DNA of 64,000 bases from Chloroflexota bacterium. Lineage in GTDB: Bacteria > Vulcanimicrobiota > JAMCWD01. Under the pieces are notes generated by a model, which made no database searches, had not been told where the DNA came from, and was given only the letters and a program-made list of their open reading frames with translations. The position numbers and the translations under genes were made by a program. Positions 18,881 to 27,699 of the stretch are shown piece by piece. How positions within the stretch are numbered: position 1 is the first letter of the stretch; each line of letters opens with the position of its first letter. The stretch spans positions 11,513-75,512 of the forward strand of contig JAMCWD010000067.1 in NCBI GenBank assembly GCA_023475345.1. Direction: 5' to 3'.

Positions 18881-20143
18881 TTACGGATAAATTCCGCGGA
18901 GTTTGAGAGCTTCTGCGACCCTTCCCACTGCGAGGACATAAGCGGCCAATCTCATGTTGACATTATACTTCTTGTGAATTTCATATACGCTGTGGAAGCT
19001 CTCCTTCATGATACAACTGAGGCGTTCGTTAACCTGTCCGAGAGACCAGAAGAAGTTGGCCAGATCCTGAACCCACTCAAAATAAGAAACGGTAACGCCG
19101 CCTGCGTTTGCAAGGATATCGGGAAGTATCATGATGTTATTCTCGGTAAGAATGGCATCCGCTTCCGGGGTCGTCGGGCCGTTGGCGGCCTCGGCAATAA
19201 TTTTGGCTTTAATCTTTGAAGCGTTATCCCTTGTGATTACGTTTTCAAGAGCTGCAGGCACCAGGATATCGCACTTCAACTCGAGAAGAGCCTCGTTGCT
19301 GATAGGTTCCGATCCGGGGAAGCCGACTACCGAGCCTGTTTCCGCCTTGTACTTACTGACGGCATGCGCATCAAGGCCTTTTTCGTTGATTATTCCGCCC
19401 TTGCTGTCGCTCACTGCGATGACCTTGCTCCCCTGTTCCTTGAGGAGATAAGCCGCGATATAGCCGGCATTTCCGAAGCCCTGTACGACCGAAACGCTGT
19501 CTTCGAGATCAAGGCCGATCTTCTGTACTGCTTCCTGGATCACGTAAATACAACCCTGCGCAGTAGCTTCATTGCGTCCGAGCGATCCGCCGAGAGCAAG
19601 AGGCTTGCCGGTTACGACGCCGCTCACGGTATAGCCGCGATCCATGCTTATGGTATCCATAATCCATGACATAACCTGTGGGTTGGTGTAAACGTCGGGT
19701 GCGGGGATGTCTTTTTCCGGCCCGATAATGATATTGATTTCCGTTGCGTACCTGCGGGTAAGGCGTTCAAGCTCTCTCATCGAAAGCTTCTTGGGATCGA
19801 CGACCACTCCGCCTTTGGCTCCGCCGTAAGGTATCCCTACTACCGCCGTCTTCCATGTCATCCACATGGCCAGCGCCCTTACTTCATCGAGATCTACATC
19901 CGGATGATAACGGATTCCGCCTTTGCCGGGGCCTCTGTGTGTGCTGTGCTGGACACGATGACCTGTAAATACTTCCACCCTTCCGTCATCCATGATCACG
20001 GGGAAATTCACAGTAAGTTCACGTGCCGGTTTACGTAAAATCCTGTGAATGTTCGGGTCCAGGTTCATGATTTCTGCAACCTGGTCCAGCTGGCCCTGTG
20101 CCATTTGCCATACGTTGGTCTTTTCCTTAGCTTTGGTTACCAT
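18881..20143 (-). CDS. gdhA: Glutamate dehydrogenase (Glu/Leu/Phe/Val dehydrogenase family)
   Basis: RGPGKGGIRYHP, GGAKGG, DIPAPD, QGFGNAG, EAANGP, NAGGVTVSYFEWVQ. Confidence 0.93.
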   Translation of the reverse strand: MVTKAKEKTNVWQMAQGQLDQVAEIMNLDPNIHRILRKPARELTVNFPVIMDDGRVEVFTGHRVQHSTHRGPGKGGIRYHPDVDLDEVRALAMWMTWKTAVVGIPYGGAKGGVVVDPKKLSMRELERLTRRYATEINIIIGPEKDIPAPDVYTNPQVMSWIMDTISMDRGYTVSGVVTGKPLALGGSLGRNEATAQGCIYVIQEAVQKIGLDLEDSVSVVQGFGNAGYIAAYLLKEQGSKVIAVSDSKGGIINEKGLDAHAVSKYKAETGSVVGFPGSEPISNEALLELKCDILVPAALENVITRDNASKIKAKIIAEAANGPTTPEADAILTENNIMILPDILANAGGVTVSYFEWVQDLANFFWSLGQVNERLSCIMKESFHSVYEIHKKYNVNMRLAAYVLAVGRVAEALKLRGIYP

Positions 20144-20246
20144 TTTTTTCCCTCCTGATTTTTTTTATAAGCGGAGCCACCTGGCTCCGCCGAGTCACCA
20201 TGATTATTTAACCCCCTTTATTTGTTAATAGCCCATTCTCTCTATT

Positions 20247-21440
20247 TCAGGGCTGATTCATGGGAAAATTCAATTGCTCCCCCTTCGAGGGATATTTTTT
20301 CAAGCCTTTCATATTCAACTGCGCGGCGCGGACCTCGTTCAGAAAATCAATGGCTTCGCCCGATTTAGGTTCCAGGTCGAGGGCGAAAATCCCCTGGCTG
20401 TAAGCTTCGTCCAACTCACCGCGCTTCATATATAACCTTCCGAGCGTAAGGTGGATCAAAGGGTTGCGGTACCCGGAAGAAACGGCTCTCTCCAGCGCAC
20501 CGAAAGACTTGCGGTCCTCACCCATCTTCCAGTAACATACCCCCAGCGACGCCAGGCACTCCGGTATATCGGGGAAACGGTTGACCGCAGTCCTGAGGAC
20601 CTTCAGGGCCGATTCCAGCCTCCACTGCTCCATTAAGAGGTTTCCCAGCAGTACGTAAGCTTCTATGATGTCAGGCTCCACCGAAATCGCCTTTTCCAGG
20701 AGCGCAACGCTCTCATCCCACTCGCCCTTCCATGCAAGAACATGCGCCAGGTTATACAGGGCGTCCGGGTCTTCAGGAGACAGTTTGAAAGCTTTCCTGA
20801 ATTCCATCAGGGCCGAATCAATCCACCCTGTGCAGATTAATGCAATGCCGAGGTTTATATGACACCTGCAAACATCAGGGTATAATTTGCAGGACTTACG
20901 CAGAAGCTCTATGGATTGCTGATGCTTCCCTTTTAATAAATACAACATCCCTCTCAGGTTGAGGGCGTCGATATTGTCCGGCTCATGCGAAAGCACGAAA
21001 TCCAGGTAATCCGCAGCCTTGACGGTATGTCCCAGTTCCATCTCGGCTTCAGCAAGACAAAGATGAATATCCAGGTCGTCGGGAAGCAGCTTCAGCGCAT
21101 TTTTCCAGTTCCGGGCGGCTTTCAGCATCTTCCCTTTTTCGTAATAAGCGGCCCCCAGGTAGAAAAAAAGCTCGACCTCGTCAGGCATATCTTTTGTCAA
21201 TGTCGAAAGGAGCTTTATGCCCTGGCTGTATTTGCCGGACTCCACGTAAGCTATGCCCAACTCAAGCTTTAAATCCTGATGGTCGGGACACAGCTTCAAT
21301 GCCCTTTCCCACTCGCCTATCGCTTCCGGTATCCTGTTGCTGTCACGGTAACACCAGCCGTTGTTGTAAAAGCGGAGAAAGGCCTTCTTATCCGAAGACG
21401 AAAAAAGCTTCCTGACATTTTCTTTAGAATTTTTTTTCAA
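20247..21440 (-). CDS. Tetratricopeptide repeat protein
   Basis: Tandem 34-aa repeats (LG.AY...G...A....AL.L.P). Confidence 0.88.
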   Translation of the reverse strand: MKKNSKENVRKLFSSSDKKAFLRFYNNGWCYRDSNRIPEAIGEWERALKLCPDHQDLKLELGIAYVESGKYSQGIKLLSTLTKDMPDEVELFFYLGAAYYEKGKMLKAARNWKNALKLLPDDLDIHLCLAEAEMELGHTVKAADYLDFVLSHEPDNIDALNLRGMLYLLKGKHQQSIELLRKSCKLYPDVCRCHINLGIALICTGWIDSALMEFRKAFKLSPEDPDALYNLAHVLAWKGEWDESVALLEKAISVEPDIIEAYVLLGNLLMEQWRLESALKVLRTAVNRFPDIPECLASLGVCYWKMGEDRKSFGALERAVSSGYRNPLIHLTLGRLYMKRGELDEAYSQGIFALDLEPKSGEAIDFLNEVRAAQLNMKGLKKYPSKGEQLNFPMNQP

Positions 21441-22823
21441 TTACTACACTCCCGGATTTTTGCAAGAAGGTCGTAGGCGGAACTATCTATTATCTCCGCT
21501 TCTATGATGTCTCCTTTTGACGGGACTTTGCCGGTAATATAAACCTGGCCGTCGATTTCGGGAGCATCCATACCGGTACGGCCTGTCCCGACGACCTCAG
21601 GCAGCCATTTCCTGACTTCAGGGTCGTCTATTACTCCCAGGAGGCTCCCCGCCTTAAACACCGCATCAACCATCACGGGCAGAACCCTGCCCTGAAGCCT
21701 CCTGTTGTTCTCCCTGGAAATTTCCTGCTGGAGGAGCATCGCTTTCCTGTACCTTTTCATCATGGTATTTTTTCGGATCCTGGGCCGAGCCTCCGCAGAT
21801 TGGGTCCCTTCTTCGGGAGAATAAGGGAATATCCCGACTTTTTCAAGTTTCATCTCAGTTAAAAAAATCCATTAATTCCTGGAAATCTTCTTCAGTTTCG
21901 CCCGGATGCCCGACGATAAATGTAGATCTGATAGCGCAGCCGGGCAAGACCTTCCGAATTTTCTTGAGCAGCCTTGTGAATTGTGCTTTCGAGCCTCCTC
22001 GCTTCATCATCTTCAAAACATTCTTCGATACATGCTGGAGAGGCATATCGATATATTTACAGATCACATCGGAGCCTGCCATAACTTCCAGGAGTTCGTC
22101 GTCAATTCCTCCGGGATAGGTGTACATGAGGCGAAGCTGCCTTAGGCCTTTAATCTTTGAAATCTTTCGGAGAAGGTCGGGGAGCATCTTTTTGCCTTCC
22201 GTGTCCATGCCGTAGCCTGTAGTGTCCTGGGCTATCAGGATCAGCTCTTTTATCCCCGATGAGGCAAGCTCCCGGGCTTCTCTTTCGATCTCCTTCAACG
22301 GCCTGCTCCTGTACGGGCCTTTAATTTGGGGGATTATGCAGAACGAACAGGAATGATCACAGCCGTCCGCTATCTTCAGGTACGCGTAATTCGTGCCTTC
22401 AGGAAGAACCCTGGATTGACTGAAATTTATATTTGCCTCCGGGTCTATGCCGAACAGGCAGTGCTGTTTTTCACGAACTCCGTTTTTCAAAATCCCGGGC
22501 AGTTCGTGAAGCTGGTTCGGCCCGATAAAAATGTCAACATCGGGCAAAGCCCTTACCAGTTCTTGTTTATAGCGCTCCGGTAGGCACCCTGCGACAGCCA
22601 GAATTTTACAATTTTTCTTTTTTGAGGGTAAAATATCAATGATAGTGTCGATGGATTCACGCTCGGCTTCGTGAATAAATGCACAAGTGTTTACAATAAT
22701 AATAGCCGCATCTTCCTCGGAGGGCGCAATTTTAAAGCCGTTACGGCATAACTGTTCCGCCAGTTTTTCAGAATCAACCGTATTCTTCGGGCATCCCAGC
22801 GAAATTATCGAAAAATCACTCAT
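21437..22823 (-). pseudogene. rimO: RimO ribosomal protein S12 methylthiotransferase, split by a 1-nt frameshift in this sequence
   Basis: SLGCPKNTVDSE, NTCAFI, AYLKIADGCDHSCSFCIIP, IVGHPGETEEDF in the first ORF; YSPEEGT and DAPEIDG (TRAM) in the second; removing one T from the run at 21861-21867 fuses them. Confidence 0.85.
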
Positions 22824-23471
22824 TTACCTTACCCGGTAATCCATCAATTCGAAAACCGATGTAACCGTTTTTATCGTTTCATCAGGCGCAAGCCCGTTCT
22901 CAACGGATACTTCCCTGACTATTCCTATACCCGGCGCATACCACCTGATTATCTGGTATTTTAATTCTTTCCTGTCAACGGGAGATCCTTCTCTCGTAAT
23001 CTTAATACAATCAAAATCCCTGCCCATGAGGTGGACCTTTTCCCTGCCGACCACTTCACAAGAAAATTCGGCCTCCACGTTGCCCTGCTTGCCTTTCCAC
23101 TGCCATTTCTTTCCGGGGATCAGGGTCTCGCGAAGAAACGTTTCAGGCGGATCGAAATAAATCTCTGCCTTGTCCGACGTAACTACCCTTTTGACTTTCA
23201 AAATGCCCTGGTCGGTTTTCGTATAATAATCCTCGTTGGAGCGAACGGGCATGTCCTCTCCTTCCACATCGACGTAGCTTTCAATGGCGTAAGAATCATA
23301 GTCTTTAACCTTTTCTTTCCTTACGACCTTAACGACCAGCTTGGGCCCGAAATTGGTCCGGTAAACCCAGTAATCGCCTATCGACATGGGAAAATAATTA
23401 GAACCTGCGCTTGAACAGCCGAACATCAAAAGCAGTATCGAAGCCAAGGCTACTGCCATATATTTTTTCAT
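22824..23471 (-). CDS. Putative lipoprotein
   Basis: MKKYMAVALASILLLMFGC lipobox; YFPM..G..WVY and WYAPGIGIVRE motifs. Confidence 0.75.
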   Translation of the reverse strand: MKKYMAVALASILLLMFGCSSAGSNYFPMSIGDYWVYRTNFGPKLVVKVVRKEKVKDYDSYAIESYVDVEGEDMPVRSNEDYYTKTDQGILKVKRVVTSDKAEIYFDPPETFLRETLIPGKKWQWKGKQGNVEAEFSCEVVGREKVHLMGRDFDCIKITREGSPVDRKELKYQIIRWYAPGIGIVREVSVENGLAPDETIKTVTSVFELMDYRVR

Positions 23472-23591
23472 GAATATTGCCTCCCGGAGCTTAATTTGAC
23501 TTACTATTCGATGGAAAGGTTTTTTTCCTTCTTTTTTTATAATATTTACCGTGTTCAAAAACCGGAAATGCCGCCGTTTCGGCGGGAAATT

Positions 23592-24770
23592 TTAACCGGT
23601 GTTCCTGTTATTGAAAAATTTAACAATTTCAACGGCGGCGGCTTCCAGGTCTTCATCCGGGCAGGTTAAAGAAATCCTGAAATAACCTTCCCCGTATTTG
23701 CCGAAACCTACACCGGGGGTTATCAATACCCCGGTTTCTTCCAGGAGTTGCTTACAAAAAGCCGTGCTGTCACCGCCGCCGGGTATCTTACACCATAGAT
23801 AGAATGTAGCCGACGGGGGCTTTATCTCCAGCCCCGCTTCCTCAAGCGCCGCAGTCATCAAATCCCGTCTTTTAAGGTACAACTTCCTCATAGCTTCAAT
23901 GTCGCCGCGGCATTCTCTCAGGCCGTAGGCGCCTGTCGCTGCTATCGCGGAAAAAACCCCCGAATCTATGTTTTTCTTCAGCTTGAGGAGGTTTCTTAAA
24001 ATTTCGACGGAGCCTGCGGCAAACCCGATGCGCCACCCGGTAACATTGAACATCTTGGAAAGCGAATTGAATTCTACGGCTACATCCTTTGCGCCTTTTA
24101 CTTCCAGTATGCTCGGAGGTCTGTCCGCTTCGTCATAATAAATCTCCGAATATGCATTGTCATAAGCGATAATGATGCCGTTTCGCCTCCCGAATTCCAC
24201 GGCCTTTTCAAGAAAACTCAAAGGCGCCACGGCCCCCGTGGGGTTGTTCGGATAATTTAAAAACATAAGCTTTGATTTTCCCAGGATCTCCGAAGGTATT
24301 GCATCCAGGTCCGGCAGGTAACTATTTTCCTCCGCCAGGGGCATATAATAATTCATACAGCCCGTCAAGAGAGTATTGTTCCCGTAAACCGGGTAGGCGG
24401 GATCGGGCACGAGGCTGTAATCGCCGGGGTTCAGGACGGCATAAGGGAGATGTGCAATTCCTTCTTTGGAGCCTATGAGGCCAAGCACCTCGCTGTCAGG
24501 ATCAAGGGAAACCCCGAAACGGTCAAGATAAAATTCCGCAGCCGCCTGTTTGAAATCGGCGGTTCCTGCATAAGGGGGGTAACGGTGCCATTCGGATTTT
24601 TCAATCTCACTTTTCAGCTCTTCGACCATCCTGCGGGACGGCGGCATGTCGGGGTCGCCTATCCCGAGATCCATCACGCGCCTCCCCTGTGACAGCAATT
24701 CATCTTTTGCCTTATCGACTTCTCCGAAAAGATAATGGGGCAGCCTGTCAAGGTTCCTGTTATATTCCAT
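23592..24770 (-). CDS. PLP-dependent class I/II aminotransferase, LL-diaminopimelate aminotransferase-like
   Basis: LGIGDPD, IGSKEG, LNYPNNPTG, DNAYSE, SLSKMFNVTGWRIG, PGVGFG..GEGYFRISL. Confidence 0.85.
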   Translation of the reverse strand: MEYNRNLDRLPHYLFGEVDKAKDELLSQGRRVMDLGIGDPDMPPSRRMVEELKSEIEKSEWHRYPPYAGTADFKQAAAEFYLDRFGVSLDPDSEVLGLIGSKEGIAHLPYAVLNPGDYSLVPDPAYPVYGNNTLLTGCMNYYMPLAEENSYLPDLDAIPSEILGKSKLMFLNYPNNPTGAVAPLSFLEKAVEFGRRNGIIIAYDNAYSEIYYDEADRPPSILEVKGAKDVAVEFNSLSKMFNVTGWRIGFAAGSVEILRNLLKLKKNIDSGVFSAIAATGAYGLRECRGDIEAMRKLYLKRRDLMTAALEEAGLEIKPPSATFYLWCKIPGGGDSTAFCKQLLEETGVLITPGVGFGKYGEGYFRISLTCPDEDLEAAAVEIVKFFNNRNTG

Positions 24771-24864
24771 AAAAAGCTCCGTTGAAAAAATATTTTCAGA
24801 ATTTCAGGATTAAAACCTTTTCTCCTGCCCGGGGCTGTTCATGTCGGGAGTTTTCCTTACGCGA

Positions 24865-25065
24865 CAACCCCCGCGCCCTTAACAAGGGGGAATTCATTAT
24901 GGTATGCAGCTTTGAGGCTGAAGCTCACAATTATGCATTGTATATAAGAAATAACTAACAGTCCATCATCCCCGCGCAGGCAGAGATCCAGAAGAAAAAC
25001 TTTGAATAATAATCCCTGTAAATCTCTGCGCTCTCTGCTTTTCTCTGCGTCCTCTGCGGTTAAAA
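24865..25065. repeat. Cluster of REP-like elements
   Basis: CCCTTAACAAGGG palindrome; CATCATCCCCGCGCAGGCAGAGATCCAG (reverse complement matches the 7491-7519 family); tandem CTCTGC units. Confidence 0.65.
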
Positions 25066-25137
25066 TTGATGACAGCACCGATAAGCAATAATCAAATAAA
25101 TATTATCTGTTTGATTCCGGAACGATACCGAATTTTT

Positions 25138-25875
25138 TTACGGGGCGCCCCAGATTTTCTTGCCCTTGGTGTCATAGGCGGTAAATTCCGCACCGCCTTC
25201 AGTAGCGACTATTTCACCTGTAACTCTGGCCTGCCCCTTGCGGTTCCAGACGGTAACTTCTCCACCGTGCTTGTATATCCTCATCCCGACAGCTTTTTTC
25301 CCTTGATTGTCGAAAATGCCGAGACCCCCGCCTTCCTGAGTGGCAGCCATTACTCCGACTGTTTTTCCCAGGTCGTTATAAATGAAGAGGCCGCCGCCGA
25401 ATTCGCCGGCCCCAAGCCCTCCGACAAGCTTCCCCTGCTTATTGAATACGCCCATGCCTGCGCCGTGTTCATCGGCTCTTATCTGCCCGACAAGCTTCTG
25501 ATCATTGTTGCATATGGAAAGCCGCCCCCCGTATTTATCCCCGCCGATTGCGCCGATCAATTCTCCCTCGTTGTTCCAGACGGATAATTCGCCTCCCGGT
25601 TTCTTTGCAACCAATCCCCCCGCAATTATTCCCCGGTTATTATAGACGGTAAACTCCCCGCCCGACTTACCTTTCCCCAGCCTTCCTATAACCTTGCCGT
25701 CGGGAGAAACGAAATCCAGGCCGTCGGCAGGCACCATGATCCTGTTTACTTTAAGAGTTTCTTCCTTAACAACGGCCTGGTTCGCTCTGCCCGTAAAGTT
25801 AATCGTTAAAAGAGATCCCAGCAAAAAAGCCGCTATGATCAATATCGCCTGTATCAAGATCCTCGATTTAAACAT
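25138..25875 (-). CDS. Membrane-anchored protein with 22-aa Gly-rich repeats (paralogue 3)
   Basis: N-terminal TM, then repeats like GGELSVWNNEGELIGAIGGDKY; ends IWGAP. Confidence 0.8.
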   Translation of the reverse strand: MFKSRILIQAILIIAAFLLGSLLTINFTGRANQAVVKEETLKVNRIMVPADGLDFVSPDGKVIGRLGKGKSGGEFTVYNNRGIIAGGLVAKKPGGELSVWNNEGELIGAIGGDKYGGRLSICNNDQKLVGQIRADEHGAGMGVFNKQGKLVGGLGAGEFGGGLFIYNDLGKTVGVMAATQEGGGLGIFDNQGKKAVGMRIYKHGGEVTVWNRKGQARVTGEIVATEGGAEFTAYDTKGKKIWGAP

Positions 25876-25896
25876 TTTCGAACCTCCTCATCGCCA

Positions 25897-26610
25897 TTAA
25901 GGGGCTTCCCATAGAATTTTCCCGTTGTTATCATAGACGGCGAATTCTCCGTTGTTTTCGGCTGCGACCATTTCTCCGACAACATTCTCCTTGCCGTTCC
26001 ATATGGCAAACTCTCCGCCGTGCTTAAATACCCTCAATCCTGCAATATTTTTCCCGCGCCCTTCGAACAGACCGATACCTGCTCCGTGCCTGCTCATCCT
26101 CATCCCCCCGATAAACCTGCCCTGGTTATCGTCGATATCCAATTCTCCGCCATGCCTGCGGGCCCTTATTCCACCGACGAAAATTCCCTCCTTGTTGTAG
26201 AAAACGAATCTTCCGCCGCGTCTGAAAGCTCCCGCACCTCCTACGAATCCCCCCTCCTCGTCATAGACGACCAACTCCCCTCCATGTTTAATCGGGGCCA
26301 TTTCTATAAATTTCATCCCCTGGGCGTTGTATGCGGAAATATTGCCGCCAAGTTCTCCGGCCCTTATTTCCCCGACCACATCTTCCTTATCGTCGTAAAT
26401 GAAAAGACCGCCGCCGTTTTCGCCCGCGCTGACTTTTCCGATAACTTTGCCCTCGGGACTTATGAACGCCAGGCCTTCCGCCGGAACCAAGATCCTGTCG
26501 ACTACAGTTTCTTTTCCAAATTTACCAGTAAATACAGCCGTTAAAAAAGACCCAAGTAAAAAAGATACAACAATTGCCAGTACCAGTGTCAAATTCCAGA
26601 ATTTAGACAT
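25897..26610 (-). CDS. Membrane-anchored protein with 22-aa Gly-rich repeats (paralogue 2)
   Basis: Same architecture; FLLGS TM, I.VP..GL.F.SP.GKVIG, ends LWEAP. Confidence 0.8.
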   Translation of the reverse strand: MSKFWNLTLVLAIVVSFLLGSFLTAVFTGKFGKETVVDRILVPAEGLAFISPEGKVIGKVSAGENGGGLFIYDDKEDVVGEIRAGELGGNISAYNAQGMKFIEMAPIKHGGELVVYDEEGGFVGGAGAFRRGGRFVFYNKEGIFVGGIRARRHGGELDIDDNQGRFIGGMRMSRHGAGIGLFEGRGKNIAGLRVFKHGGEFAIWNGKENVVGEMVAAENNGEFAVYDNNGKILWEAP

Positions 26611-26784
26611 ACAACATCACTTCTTGCGGATCTGATAGTACCTTAAAGGCCCTTTTAAAATCCTGTTTGCCGGCATACCGGAAAATTAAGTAGCATGAAG
26701 ATCGGGACGGTATCGTAGATCTATTGCATGTAATAACTTTCGACATGGGCACATCAAAGCAAATTTTCATGGGGATGTGACCCG

Positions 26785-27429
26785 TTACATTTTCCTTACC
26801 ACTTCTCCCTGGTCATTGGAGAGGAAAATACTGCCCCCTTGCTCAAATGTCCCTATAGACGCAACAGGCTCCTGCTGATTATTGAAAAGGGCAAGACTCC
26901 CTCCATATTCGTCGGTTCTCAAGCCCCCGAGAAGATTCCCCTGATTGTTAAAAAGCGCAAGGTCGCCGCCATATCTAAGCGCCCTTATTCCTGCGATGGG
27001 CTTGCCCAGGCGATTGAAGAGGGCAAGGCTCCCGCCGTATTTATCGGCCCTTATACCACCGACGAAATTTCCATGTTCATTACAGACGGCAAACGTTCCG
27101 CCATGTTTACCGGCGGCCATTTCGCCGACCTTGTTTTCCCGGCTGCCCCAGACTGCTATTTCTCCCCCATCTTTAGACGCCCTGATTTTTACGGCCGGCT
27201 TTCCTGTGTCATTAAAGACGGCAAGACACCCGCCCTGCTGAATTGACTTGATTTCTCCCATAGCCCTGCCGTCAGGACCTACGAATACGAGCTTGCCTGA
27301 CGGCACGATAATCTTGTTTGTAACAACATCCTGCCTAAACCTGTCTTTAAATATGTACATAGAAAGGGCGCCTGACAGGAACGCAACCAGAAAAAACAAT
27401 ACAAAAATTAAATGCCTTGATCTTGACAT
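26785..27429 (-). CDS. Membrane-anchored protein with 22-aa Gly-rich repeats (paralogue 1)
   Basis: Same architecture; near-identical repeats YGGSLALFN. Confidence 0.8.
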   Translation of the reverse strand: MSRSRHLIFVLFFLVAFLSGALSMYIFKDRFRQDVVTNKIIVPSGKLVFVGPDGRAMGEIKSIQQGGCLAVFNDTGKPAVKIRASKDGGEIAVWGSRENKVGEMAAGKHGGTFAVCNEHGNFVGGIRADKYGGSLALFNRLGKPIAGIRALRYGGDLALFNNQGNLLGGLRTDEYGGSLALFNNQQEPVASIGTFEQGGSIFLSNDQGEVVRKM

Positions 27430-27566
27430 CTCTCTCCCTCCCTCTTCAATTGTCGCTATCTCTCTTGAATTTTTCGTCGGCATGAAAAGTTTTTCCTGCC
27501 GGCATTGATAAAAATTTATATAAACATCCAGCTCCAGACGGGAGGGAATCCGATGGAGCGGATGCG

Positions 27567-27668
27567 AACCCCGGCCTTTAACGCCGCCCGATAAATCGGA
27601 CTATACCCGGGGTCGAAAACAAATCCCGGAGGCGACAGGAAAGCCGGAACTGCGGAATTCATTCCGTC
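27567..27668. repeat. REP-like palindromes
   Basis: ACCCCGG..CCGATAAATCGG..CCGGGGT; GGAACTGCGGAATTCATTCCG is the near reverse complement of GCGGAATAAATTCCGCAGTTCC at about 7839-7860. Confidence 0.6.
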
Positions 27669-27699
27669 ATGACTTTATCGCGATTATATCCCTTCAGCT

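Noticed and set aside
21855-21857. TGA in rimO as selenocysteine or readthrough
   Set aside because: The downstream half is in a different frame, so readthrough cannot restore the protein
24857-25078. 73-aa minus-strand ORF containing TAEDAE and LDLCLRGDD
   Set aside because: Translation of stacked REP-like repeats, not a credible gene
26611-26784. Possible riboswitch between the repeat-protein paralogues
   Set aside because: One imperfect hairpin only; no recognisable aptamer consensus on either strand
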